A stretch of DNA of 64,000 nt, taken from positions 496,001-560,000 of the forward strand of contig NW_025765758.1 of NCBI RefSeq assembly GCF_003918875.1, read 5' to 3'. Under the pieces are notes generated by a model. That model was given only the letters and a program-made list of their open reading frames with translations. It was not told the DNA's origin and searched no databases. Made by a program: the position numbers and the translations under genes. Position 1 is the stretch's first letter. Each line of letters begins with the position of its first letter. Origin of the DNA: Haliotis rubra. Lineage: Eukaryota. Positions 1 to 11,785 of this stretch are shown here, piece after piece.

Positions 1-681
1 CTGTGGAGTTTGCAGTGTCATTCATGGAAAGACATTAGTTTTTATTTAAGGCGCTCTTTCATTCATAAGATGTAACATTTTAATTCACAGGACGTTACGT
101 TTAAATTCATAGGATGTTTCTGTGTTTTAGTTCGTTTGACATTCCACATAGATTAGATAGGACGTTAAATTACACAGTAAATTCATACAACGTGACACAT
201 TATTTGATTCTCTCGTATGTGAGTTATAGCGCAGTACGTGACTTGCATTGGTATGGGATATTAATGAAACGGTATCAATTACATTAATGGCGACTGAGGA
301 AGACGAATTTCCGTTAGCGTCGTCTTGGGGGTACAGAGGTACAACTGGACGAAGGATAGTGTCTAGGTATTAATGGATTTCCTGGACTATTTCGATGACA
401 AATACTATTTGAATAAAAGACGTTTGTGTAGGGAAGGATAGGATATTTGCTTTTATGGCGTAATCGCGTCAGCAATGGATTCAACAAATATAACTTTTTA
501 AAACTTAGAGGAGGGTCATTAGAGGAAGGTTTTCTTTGCCACGCTTAGTTTCAAACGAATGTTGATCCCACAATCCGTTGTTCGATGTGTACTGTCTCAG
601 ACGGGAACCATGTCCTCTGATACTAACATTAACCGATGTGTATCTGGAGTGTAAAGGACACAGTTGAGTAGAGCACATGAA

Positions 682-885
682 AGTAGCCCAGTTGGTAAAG
701 AGTTCGCTCGTCATGCCGAATTCCCACATGGGTACAATTTGTGGAGCCTGTTTCTGATCGATACTGAAATTCTGATCTGGTGAAATTTTGGGTATATTGC
801 TTAAAACTGCTAAAACCACTCACTCAATCTCTCTCATTCACTCACTCACTCACCCACCCACCCACTCACTCACTCACTCACTCAC
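682..885 (+). mobile_element. tRNA-derived SINE (family A), degenerate, with (ACTC)n tail
   Basis: gtagcccagttggtaaagagttcgctcgtcatgccgaa...cccacatgggtacaat... matches the other copies at 5418, 25037, 35939 and 59035; ends in actc repeats. Confidence 0.75.
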
Positions 886-1819
886 CGTCAACATGTAGGC
901 CAAGTACCAAGGGTCGTTGAGGGAAACCATTATATATTTTTTAAAGGAAAATACCTGGTCCTCAAAAACTATAGTTTCCAATTACATCAGGATCTTTAGG
1001 GCCCCATTCACCAGTGTGTTATACTCTCACAGCGTTCTATTAGGATTTTAGAGTATCTATTCTTGAACGGTTTTGTTACAGGCTGTCAAAACAGCGTAAG
1101 CCAGAAAGGAATCCCACAACTTGTGCCGTTTGCGAATAAGCCTTTGCGAAAACAAATCGCGTCATTAAGAACTCGACAGTCTGTCTTCATTGCTTCCGGC
1201 TAACAAGAAGACACGTTAATTGGCATCAGATTCCTACACTGAAATGGGATACTTAGATGGCATGGAATCTTTTCTCAAAGCAGCATGTTATCAACTCTCT
1301 ATCAATCCTTCATGTGCTTAATTACTCAAGGTATTTTAACGCCCACTTCCTGGTCTTTGAAAAATGTCTTTTAGTAAGCCGTATTTTCTGTAATATCTCA
1401 TTTGGTTGGAATATTGACATGGAATGAGTTCTGTCATGTCATTTTCTGACAACAGCTTTACGACGAAACCGTCTCAAAATAACTTAGCGACGACCTCAGT
1501 GATAGGATACTTTCCCTGTATTATGGAAGGTTTGTCCTTGTGGGCGAGGTTCTAAGCTGTGGGAGACAACAGCAATATTGTCAATCTGAAATAAAAAAGT
1601 TATTTTGAAAACTACTTTAAAATGAACGAGGTCAGAAGCACAATAAGGTTAAAAAGTACAAAAGTTTGCTACACCGGTGTTAAGTTTGTGCTTGGTCTTG
1701 ATCATGCCATTTCTGGACCGATGAAGTTCCAGACAAACGTTAGCTATCGTAAATAGACTAAACAACATGATCTGCTGACTCGAGCATTGTTTAATGTGTG
1801 TTCCTTTTTCTCTCTACAG

Positions 1820-2014
1820 ATCGGCGACTACAAGATGCCGTTTAAGATCAGTCATCACCCCGTGTGTACATACTCAGGGAGAGCTCCCAGAACAGTTCAT
1901 CTAGATAACTGTCCGGGTCACCCTGACCCGGAAGTGGAAGTGTTTGACGCAGAAGGTTGCGCATGCTCATTATGTAATCCTGCATATACAAGTTGTGAGA
2001 ATCTTAATGGCTGA
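1820..2014 (+). CDS. GPB5: Last coding exon of glycoprotein hormone beta-5 (thyrostimulin beta), cystine-knot C-terminal half
   Basis: A pyrimidine tract and acceptor (ttcctttttctctctacag) precede the in-frame sequence IGDYKMPFKISHHPVCTYSGRAPRTVHLDNCPGHPDPEVEVFDAEGCACSLCNPAYTSCENLNG*. The HPVC, C, CxCxxC and terminal C spacing is typical of invertebrate GPB5. Upstream exons were not found in the window. Confidence 0.88.
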   Translation: MGDYKMPFKISHHPVCTYSGRAPRTVHLDNCPGHPDPEVEVFDAEGCACSLCNPAYTSCENLNG

Positions 2015-3278
2015 TCTGCAGACATCGTCGCTTCTGATAGTGACACAGGCACCAGCCATTCTGATTTCAGGGGACCTTGGATACACAAGTGAAGCCAACC
2101 ATTCAGTCTGCTGTACATACTCCAAGAACATGACTATCTAGTGGCTCAAAAAAGCGTCAGATGATATATATTTTTATCGTGACATTATATTGAAATGCAA
2201 AGGTATTTTGATGACAACAAAGAGCATATATCACCTGTATTTCTGATGCATGACTACAGTTGTGCTATTCATGAATCTCAAGATAGGGACTTCTTTAAAC
2301 CATCATCAGATGCCGATATGGCATTGTAAGAGGAACAAGGGACATATACAACAAACTATAGTAGCAGAAGGGCCATGATAAAGACAACCGATTAAGATGT
2401 ATTCCAGAGGGACTGATTCTGTGCGAGGCTGACAATGTCTTGTAAGATTCATTGTCATTGAACGAAGCAGACATTAAACATGGCGGACAGTACTTCCGGT
2501 TGGTTTGGCGACAGAAACATGTCTTATTATTAGGAAACGTTGAGTGTATCTCATCAAATACAAGCATGCAGAGGACTGGTTATCTTGTGTCGTATTTCAT
2601 TTTTTACCTATGTCTCTGGAATGGTTGGGATATATTATAATATAGAACGTCAGTGCCAAAATACCCAGTTCTATCCTCAGAAGAAAATTCCAATTGGTGT
2701 AAAAGAACAAAATAACCGTGAATGGATCAGATATAACAGATGAATACACAATAATTAAAACGCCAGTTCTCGATTGTGGCATCAAAAGATTTCCTTCGAG
2801 TGTAAAGGGCAAAATACTTGTGAAATTTATATGAACCAATTACTGAAAATAACTGATGACACCAGGTGTTCGCGAAACTGGTAAGCATCTTCCGTCCTAT
2901 CTGTGGCACCTTATATTCACACGATTTGCATTAAAAATACATGTTTATTGCCTGACACGACCGTATGTAAAGAAATCGGTCAATCCAGTAATGGGCCATC
3001 GTCTCCATCCACAAAGCGTTCGTAACATTACGACCTATCGTATGTCTACACTTTGTTATTGGCTTACGAATGGCATAGTGCTACGAACGTTTTGTGGATC
3101 GGGCCCCAGAAAGCTCACGATACATAATGTATTGATCCTGTTATTTGTATTTATTTCTGCAGTAATGTACAGACAAATAGGAATAAGAAAGTCAGTTACG
3201 ATTTTGAACCAGATATTGCCATGCATCGTCCATGAATAGAATCACTCTGTAGTCTAGTTCCATTCCAAAACAATGCAT

Positions 3279-3505
3279 GACCATGAAGATCCGGGTTAGA
3301 GGTGGTCTTCAGCAACCCATGCATGTCGCAAGAGGCGACCAACGGGATTGGGTGGTCAGGCTTGCTGACTTGGTTGACACATGTCATAGTATCCTAACTG
3401 CGTAGATCGATGCTCATGCTGTCAATCACTGAATTGTCTGGTCCACACTCGACTATTTACAATCCGCTGTCATATATTTGTAATATTGCAGACATAAACA
3501 TAAAA
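3279..3505 (+). mobile_element. SINE-like family B copy (structured non-tRNA head)
   Basis: gaccatgaagatccgggttag...gtcttcagcaacccatgc..gtcgcaagaggcgac; colinear with the TSD-flanked copy at 56314-56583. Confidence 0.8.
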
Positions 3506-4612
3506 CTCTGTACCAGAAAAAGCAATCACTGGAGTATTGGAATATATCAACCAACCAACCAACCAACCAACCAAAGTTATTAAATACCCACCACTAGGAT
3601 AAATACACATTAAAAGTCCCGTAGATATGCAGCTCACAAAGTAACTTTCATGGGCACACGTCACAAAGTATTCGTAACTCAAAGATTCACGGCATTCTCA
3701 AGATGCTGAACTAACAATTACGTCTCACCTACAGTGAAAACGACTGATTGTCAAGGAAGTTTGATTAATAGCGTACGTTACACGCACATCAAAAGTTGAA
3801 AAGTGATTAAGGAAACAGGCCGACTGTATTATGGTGCATCATCAAAGATAAACCGAAATGAAGCTCCTGGATTTATTCGCACCAGGCAATAAGCAAAGTG
3901 AAATCATCACGGCTTTAAGTCAGTAGATACACAGCAGATCGTACACAGCGTGAAATGCGTCTAATGGACCAATAGTCACACGTAGGCAACACTAGGGGTA
4001 TTTAATCAATACTAAATTACAACTGCCCTGGTGTAAAGACAAAAAAGCGTAAATCTAAAAGGTAAACAATTACCACGAAGCCAAACTCGGATTCAGGGAC
4101 AAAAACCCACTTTTTAGAGCAAGCTTCTGTCTTCACAGCTGGACAGCGACTACGGCCTTTCATCATCATCGTCTTCCACATGGGGGTGTCCTGTATATTC
4201 AGCAGGAGGAAGCGCGGACGTCAGAGTAGACACCATTCAATCGTGCTATATAGTCAGCCGGGGCTATTAAATGTGGTCGTTAATGGACGTTAATACATTG
4301 TTATGGATTAGCATTCTAACTAATATGAGAATATTTCCATGCTGATGTGTTCCAGACCTGGCACCTAAAGATCTTCCCACCTAACGGAAACCCCCAAGGG
4401 AACTAAACGTTTAATGTACATAAAATCCATAACTTTTGGGGGGGCGGTCCTTCAATCGAACCACGTCACAACAGTAGCCCACCTGTAGTGATGTACGTCA
4501 CTAGATACGCGTCTCCGGTTACGTATTTTATATACGCATGAACATGAATGAAGGTTACTCCACCTACTGTTGTTTTATATGCTTGGAAAACCAACTTCTG
4601 ATCATTAAAATG

Positions 4613-4762
4613 TTAACTTAACAAACAAACAAAAAAAACAACAAACATAAACACAACTAAAACAAACCAAAAACACCCCCCAAAAAAAACACACACAAAA
4701 AAACACAACAAAAACAAACAACAACAATAACAACAAAACAAAAAACAAAAAAACAAAGCAAA
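4613..4762. repeat. A/C-rich low-complexity tract
   Basis: Runs of aaac/aac/aaaaac. Confidence 0.9.
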
Positions 4763-4859
4763 AGTGAAACTCAAAATTGATAAGAATGTATTTGCAGTCT
4801 GTGAGAAATACACAAAAACCTGAATATCTACAATGCCGGAATGTATGGTCATCACGACT

Positions 4860-5800
4860 ACGCCACGAATCTAATTGTCAAACACGATTGCTGTGATTGT
4901 ATGAACCACCACTGAAGACCTGGTGTAGACATCCCTCTCATAGACAACATCTGCCAGTCTCCCCCTCATACTGGCAATCAAACGTCGAATTCTCAGCATC
5001 GGAATCATCTGGCATTCCTCATAGAGGGCCTTCGTCAATTCCTGGAGATTTTGAACAGGAGCATCTCTAGCTTCTAGCGGGCTATGGTAATGTTTCAATG
5101 GTGTTGTTCTGCAAACGGTCAATGGCGGCGCGAGAACGGTGAGGTCTAGCGTTGTCATTTATGAATATCGGACGATTGTCAAGGGAATGGTTAGCAACAT
5201 GTGGCACGATGCCGGTATCCAGTACTTGATCACTTAGTGCCCCAGGTACTGTAATGAGATCCAAGTAAGAGCCTCCACCACTCCAGACGTTCCTGCCTAT
5301 GCCTCTCTGTTTGGAAGGAGCGTCTGATCGGACGACGGGCCCTTAGATCAACAAACTGCAGTCTCCTTCTGATGGGTCTGGTAAAGAGTCGGACTCCCAC
5401 ATGAGGCAAAGTTCTCCGGGGGCCTAGTGGTTCAAGCGTTCGCTCGTCATGTCAAAGAATCTGGTTCGATTCCCCACATGCTAAAAGCGGCGAAAACCTA
5501 AACTCACTCACAGTTCTTCGGCATGGATCATGGGATTGCGTCTTGCCAGACGAATTTCGGCCTCGATCATCACGGTCATTGGTCCCCACTGGTCTTGTAA
5601 GACCCTTCCCATCGGTGAACACTATCTGTCGTGCACACTTGTCAGAAATATGAGTGACACAAACACCAATTCTTTGTACGCCATTACGCCTCGTGTTGTT
5701 TCAATAGCTGCGGAGGTGTTGCACACTTGCTTTCAGACAAGTCGACTAATAGCCGTGTTGCTGTACTAATGTTCACGTTTCCACAGATGTTGCGACAAGA
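4860..5800 (-). mobile_element. Tc1-family transposase relic (frameshifted), interrupted by a SINE
   Basis: Minus-strand fragments IRLARRNP, IRRRLQFVDLRARRPIRRSFQTERHRQERLEW, FINDNARPHRSR (catalytic DNA(R)PH motif) and LTKALYEECQMIPMLRIRRLIASMRGR. Confidence 0.85.
5418..5510 (+). mobile_element. Internally deleted tRNA-SINE (family A) inserted in the Tc1 relic
   Basis: A-box gcctagtgg and B-box ggttcgattcc joined directly to the tail gctaaaagcggcgaaaacctaaactcactcac. Confidence 0.8.
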
Positions 5801-7045
5801 AATCCCCGTGCACTCTTGCCAGTAACTTGCTATTGTGCATTTTCTGAAAGTCTACATCTCAGCATGTCACGAAAAGTTATGATTTACTAAAATATTTAGC
5901 ACTGTCGTCTTCTGAATCAGTTCACAAAACTGTAGTGCACATACTGCAATGAAATATATACTCTACTGTGTTTGGCGTCTTCGCAGCATATCAACATGCG
6001 ACCCATATTTTGTCATATTGTGGAACGCGTGGTTATGATCGCCTGTTTGGATCTAAATGTTTATAAATATTTAAATACATGTATATACCATCTCAATTTT
6101 TTATCTAACATTTGGCATTACGTTTTCAAAGTATACCAGGGAAAAAATTATCAACGACAACAAAATAAGTTTTGACGAAAATGTAATTTAATGATTTCTA
6201 GGACGTGACAAAATATTGATAACCGCTTTAGTAAACCCCACGAGTACTGGTGTTGCACTAATAAAGCTGTTATGGTTATTATATGACCTTTATTTCGAGC
6301 TAAGAATATCCTTCACGTCTAACGTATGCAACTCCACAATGCAAACACACGTCACTAACGACAAGAACCAACATCCATGCACTTTGGAATAATTGAGAAT
6401 GTCCATTAAAGTACTAAATATTTTTTTTCTGAAAAACAGCTGCATCTTCAACATTGACTTAATTTTATTATATATCACCTTGGTTATGTTCTGCGTTTAA
6501 CGTCTCCTGGCACGGCCGTAGCGTACTCCCATCTCCGGGGACCCTGTGTCTCTCCATCAGCGTTTATCATTTCATTATAGTTATATTACACATGACAGTT
6601 TGTTAGATTGGGAGGTTAGGGGTAATGAGAGTGGATTGGTCTGAGCTGCTCTGCCTAAGGAATCCACCAGACTGAGAAAATTTACAGCGAAAGACCTCTT
6701 TGCCGAGCTGACGTTATATATTTATTGTCGGGGGTTTATTATCACATATGATCTGACGTGTATCTTTTTTACCATATATCGCAATGCCCTGATAGATTTC
6801 TGTGACAGGAGTGTGGATCTGTCCATGATTGCGTAAAGACTCGTTGATAGTTTTGATGATATTCGATAACATGCGAACATGGCATGTATGTAATGTAGTT
6901 TCTCTCCATGATACTGTTACAAAAAAGTAGGGGATCACGAACTAAAGACGTCATGGTCCGGTGTCACAATAAAATTCAGGTTTGGAAAATGACTACCAGA
7001 GATGGCATGATATCGGAAGCAAAATCTCACGACATAGCCGAAGTA

Positions 7046-8375
7046 CTCGGCGTCATTAATGAAGGGTCAAGCTATTGGTAACACTATTTCTTATAACGTT
7101 GTAACATCTTCATTTTTGTTTGAAATATATACAACTGAATGTTTTACAAACTTTCTCAACAGTATGGAAAACACATCAGGCCGTTGAAATGTCATCATTA
7201 TGTTTTTTAACGTCCGATACATGTTTTATTCAATTTGTCAATATGGAAATCCACCTGAAACTTAATGTCAATGATTTGCACGGGCAAGTCGCTCTATCCA
7301 TGGAAAGTGGAGGACTATACACATGCATTGATGCTTTTTCACTGTCGTTCACAGTTCAGGTACCTGTTCGAAATCTCAGCTTTTTGCCACTTGCTGAAAG
7401 ATGTCGGGCTATAGGCCTTTTGGAATCTGGTCAAACTCAGCGGCAGGTTGCTGTCCGCTTTAATGTTAGACAGAGTGCTATTGGTAGACTGTGGCAGAGA
7501 TTTCAAGCCAATGGGTCCGTGGAATATGCACGTTGACCAGGTAGTCACACAGATGACACGCACATAATTAACACTGCGTTACCATAGGCTGATCCAGAAG
7601 GGGGGTGCAGGGGTGCGCAGCCCCCCTTTTGTCCTGAAAGTTTATTAAATGACCATTGAAACTCGGATGAAAATGACATGTGCACCTGCCTTTTCTCAAT
7701 AGTATGCACACCCCCCTTCTAAAACAGCTGCATCCGCCCTTGGCTACGTAACAGATTCGTTAACGCAGCAGATCTTAGACAGAACACACAATGTTAACAA
7801 TGTAAGGATATCCAGGAGCACCGATCGTCGACGTTTAAGGGCACCCTGACTCCGCTGTAGACGACCTGCAGTTCGTTCACCACTAACACCACGTCACAGG
7901 CAGGGGCGTTTGAGATGCAGTAGACAGCAGGGTGTAGAGCGGATGGAGTGACCAGCAACCCAGCAACCTCAACCCAATTGAACATGCCTGGGATGAACTC
8001 GGTAGACGTGTGTACACACGTCACCCAGCACCAGTGGATGTCCGCAATGCTCTAGTAGAGGAATGGAATACGATTCGGCAAGCTTTCTTTATGAACTTGA
8101 TAAGGAGCATTAGGACAAGGTGCACCTGTGTCTAGGACGCGCTAAGAGGGTACGCAAGATATTGAATGACCGAGTGCTTCATGTTTATCATTTTCATTTT
8201 GGGGTTTGGTCTATACAACTGATGTTTGCTAGTGCTGTTTGAACTTTCTGTCTGCGTGTCGGATGTGTCACGTTTGTCAACACATTAAGCATTATTATGA
8301 CAATCTTAGTTCTATCATTTCTGAGAAACTTTACATGTGCTATATATCATTTGATCCGTTATTAATGACGCCTAG
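7046..8375 (+). mobile_element. Tc1-family transposon, internally deleted, with TIRs and TA TSD
   Basis: ~25-bp imperfect TIRs (ctcggcgtcattaatgaagggtcaa / ttgatccgttattaatgacgcctag) flanked by TA. Peptide relics: AERCRAIGLLESGQTQRQVAVRFNV (HTH), RRPAVRSPLTPRHRQGRL, LNPIEHAWDELGRRV and NALVEEWNTI. Confidence 0.9.
7583..7742. mobile_element. Small TIR element (MITE) nested in the Tc1
   Basis: Imperfect inverted ends cataggctgatccag / ctgcatccgcccttg; interrupts the transposase reading frame. Confidence 0.6.
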
Positions 8376-9204
8376 TATATTACAAAGGGATAATACAGTG
8401 CCATGTAGAAAGTGGTCAAATGTAACAGATGTATAATGTGTAAGGAAGTGTAATCCCAAATCTTGCATATTTTACAAATGCAGTTCCTCCTTGGTAATGG
8501 GTCATATTTAGATTTTGACACTTCTGTGAGCAATTTATTGTTGTCCTGAGCAATTTATTGTTGATTTTCCCTATCCACAGCAACATCTAAACTTGACAAC
8601 GTCAAATACAACGTGATGGATATCGGAGGGTCATTGTCATGCTACACATTTTTTAAACTCAGCAAGTGGAAGCCAAAACGTTCAATGTATTGTGATTTGT
8701 ATGTGATTTGCAGACATAGGAAAAGGTTTCTGCAGAAAAGGTCGTAGGTCAGCCTCAGTCGTCACATCTTTTCATCTTCCAAGCTGTAGCTTCGTGACGC
8801 GGAAGGGAGCTTTGGGAGTGCTGGAATCGGTAGTAAATCATATGTGACATTACTGACGAGTAGGCAGAATACCATCTGTATCTGTATCCCGACACCCTGT
8901 AATCTTCCATACTGCAGCTATACCTCGACGCTATCACCAATATAATACTGAAGCTCTGTTTTGGCGTAATAAATTATTGGCATCAGGATCTGAAGTCTGA
9001 TATCCGCACACAGCGATATAAATCCACGTGAACAACACGAACACTCAAGATGTGAAATGATCTGGCCTGCTCACATTCGACCCTAGGGCTCCGATATTGT
9101 AGAAAATTGGATTGGAATTGAGTGGATATAAAACTCAGATAGTCCAAAAGGATTTTAAAAATTTATAATATATCACATATCGATGTCATAAGATCACAGC
9201 GCCA

Positions 9205-9840
9205 ACGGTGACGGAATATGTACTAGTAGAACTGGTGTAGGAGTATAAGTATCTGGGAACCTTCACTGACTCTAAGCTGAACTGGAACTCTAACACTGAA
9301 GCCCTATACAAAAAGTGGCAACAACGTCTTCATCTCATGCGTAAACTGAGATCTTTTAATGTTAACCCATCTGTGATGTCATCCTTTTATGTAGCATTTA
9401 TTCAGAGTATTTTAACATTTTCCTTCCATTGTTGGTAGGGGGTCTCTCTCAGTTCATCTCAGGTCTAAAATAGACAAAATTGTTAACACTGCAAGTAAAA
9501 TCGCTGGAGTGAGATTTAAAAGGTTATCATCAATATATGAGCGGTAAATCGAAAATCAAGCTGTCAAAATCATATCTGACCGTACTAACTACTTAAATTC
9601 GGAATACAACCTCCTCCCTTCAGGCCGCCGCTACAAAGTTCCAATTGTGAAAACTAAGAGAGCCCGTACATCCTTTATTCCAAGTACCATATCTCTCTTA
9701 AACAAATGTGAAGATACCTAAATCAAAGAATTTATGTAAATATGTTTGGTATCTCTCTAATGTGTCAGTAGCTCTGCTGATGTAACACAAATTCCTGAAA
9801 AGGCATTAAAGTATTATTCTATTCTATTATATTATATTCA
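9205..9840 (+). mobile_element. Rex1/Babar-type LINE 3' fragment
   Basis: EYKYLGTFTDSKLNWNSNTEALYKKWQQRLHLMRKLRSFNV...IQSILTFSFHCW and LLPSGRRYK...SFIPSTISLLN; ends in a (tattc)-like tail. Confidence 0.85.
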
Positions 9841-10217
9841 AATGCCGCGCTGTGCTTGTTGAAACAGTAAACGTGAACCTGTCTTGCTACAAAAGATAAA
9901 TCACAGGAAATCACCAGGAATGCTAACCATTTCAATTACGCCCACTCATTCATTGACTTGTAAAGTACAATTAATACTCTTCTCTCTATGCTTACAGACT
10001 GCATTTGAACCACATACACAAACAGTCACCATATTCATGCAGCCATCAGACTGACTACTATTCGTTCTTTCTTGAAAATGAACAATTGGCTACCGCAGTT
10101 TCATTAAGTAACACATGAATGATCTACTCCATCAAGGTTGACGTGTCCTTCATATCACGAGGGAATAGCAACCACTGAGGGAATAGCTACCAGAGTAGCG
10201 TCATGTCACTAAATATA

Positions 10218-10316
10218 CTCATGCCAATAATGGTTGTCACCCCCTTCAATTTGTTTTATTGGAGAGGGTGTGGGGGGTGGGTGTGGGGGGGGGATGACAA
10301 CCATTATTGGCATGAG
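10218..10316. mobile_element. 99-bp Tc1/mariner-type MITE
   Basis: Near-perfect TIRs ctcatgccaataatggttgtca / tgacaaccattattggcatgag with TA TSD; the empty site is visible in the paralogs at ~27655 and ~38903. Confidence 0.85.
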
Positions 10317-10904
10317 TATATATGTTGCCGATGGACCCAGAGGGGACTACGTGGGTTTCATCTTCAACCCATTTTGTGTATTTTAAAGAGGCAAGGGATT
10401 TGAGAAATTACGTAAGTGGACACGGTTTTATCTCAAAGCCATAATCGTCATTGCGTAAAGCATCGATAATAAAACTGGAATATATTGCCAGTTGAACTAG
10501 AATAAGCATATATATGGCAGATTTTGATTAGATTTGAAGGACACTCGATGCATCCATATTTCGTTTCAATCACATCTTGTTGTATTTTAAATCAAATCAA
10601 CTGCAAATGATTCGTTATTGAATTCATTATCAGATATCAAAGCCTGAGTGTTTCTTATTAACCCGTCCAACTTGTACCCAATGAGGCATGTACAACTGTT
10701 ATTGTATCTGATGGATAAAATTAGAGAGTAAGTGATACATAACTGTTTCTAGTGATTTCTACTGAATTCCAATCTGTGGCTTAACGCCGAAACAGTATCC
10801 TTTAGCTATCAGTGTACATTTCTACGATCAGGCTCTGACAGACTATGCCAGAAGTGTTTACGGTAGGACTGCTGGACTTGGTGTCAGACTGTGTATGGCG
10901 TCAA

Positions 10905-11405
10905 GTCGTCTATCCTGTCAAACTGAGAGCTCATTCACACCACCTATCCTGTCAGGTGTACTCTTTGAGACCACCTAACCTGTCAAGTGTACTGGGTTAG
11001 ACCTTTATCTAGACGAGTGTACTGGGTCAGACCACCTATGTTATCAAGTCATGTATACGAAGTCAGGATGTCCGTCTTGTCAAGTGTACTGAGTGAGACC
11101 ATCTATCCTGTAAAGTGAGTGAGTGAGTTAAAATTTAAAGTCACTGTGGCAATATTTCAGCCATATCGTGACTAAAACAACATACATATTAACAATAATT
11201 TAAAGATAGAGTTCCTGTAAAGTCAACCAGGTAACAAAGCTTTTCTTGTCAGGTGTGCAAGGGCAGTCACCTATCTAATCAAGTGTACTGGTTATGACAC
11301 CTATCCTATCGAGTGTATTGGATCAGGACACCTTGTCAGGTGTACTGTGTCAGATCAAATATCGTATCACAGGTACAGCGTCAGGCCACCTATCTCATCG
11401 TGTGT
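10905..11405 (+). repeat. Degenerate ~31-bp minisatellite (CACCTATCCTGTCAAGTGTACTGGGTCAGAC-like), interrupted by a LINE tail at ~11115-11240
   Basis: Repeated cacctatcctgtcargtgtactg motif. Confidence 0.8.
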
Positions 11406-11444
11406 AAATTAAAGGAAAAGGTACATCTCCTAGAAATATAAAAT

Positions 11445-11785
11445 TTGGCTTTGAAATGTATTTAGTTAATGTTTTAAATTGTAACCACAGGTCTGCATTA
11501 TGTAAATTAAGATTTTCATCCCATACATCACTAATTGAAACTGGTAGACATGGTAGTAATAAAATCCCAAGGGATGAAAGAATTTGTACTAACTGTAATC
11601 TTAATGTCTTAGAAGACGAATTTCACTTTTTACTTAAGTGTCCATCGTATACTCATCTAAGATCTATTCATTTAAAGAAATATTACTGTAAAAATATTCA
11701 CTACATAACTGTGGACAGTAATTATCATCAGAAAATATTAATACTCAACGCTCTCTAGTTAGATATGTGTATGAAGCATTATATT
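11445..11785 (+). mobile_element. Non-LTR retrotransposon ORF2 C-terminal CCHC fragment (RTE-X/CR1-group-like)
   Basis: LCKLRFSSHTSLIETGRH...RDERICTNCNLNVLEDEFHFLLKCPSYTHLR; replaces a spacer that is present in the paralogs at ~28820-29195 and ~41090-41475. Confidence 0.8.

Noticed and set aside
56-200. Degenerate ~22-bp repeat (aattcataggatgttac-like)
   Set aside because: Few, highly diverged units; ordinary intronic repeat
4613-4855. Hydrophobic 80-aa ORF
   Set aside because: It is the reverse translation of the A/C low-complexity tract
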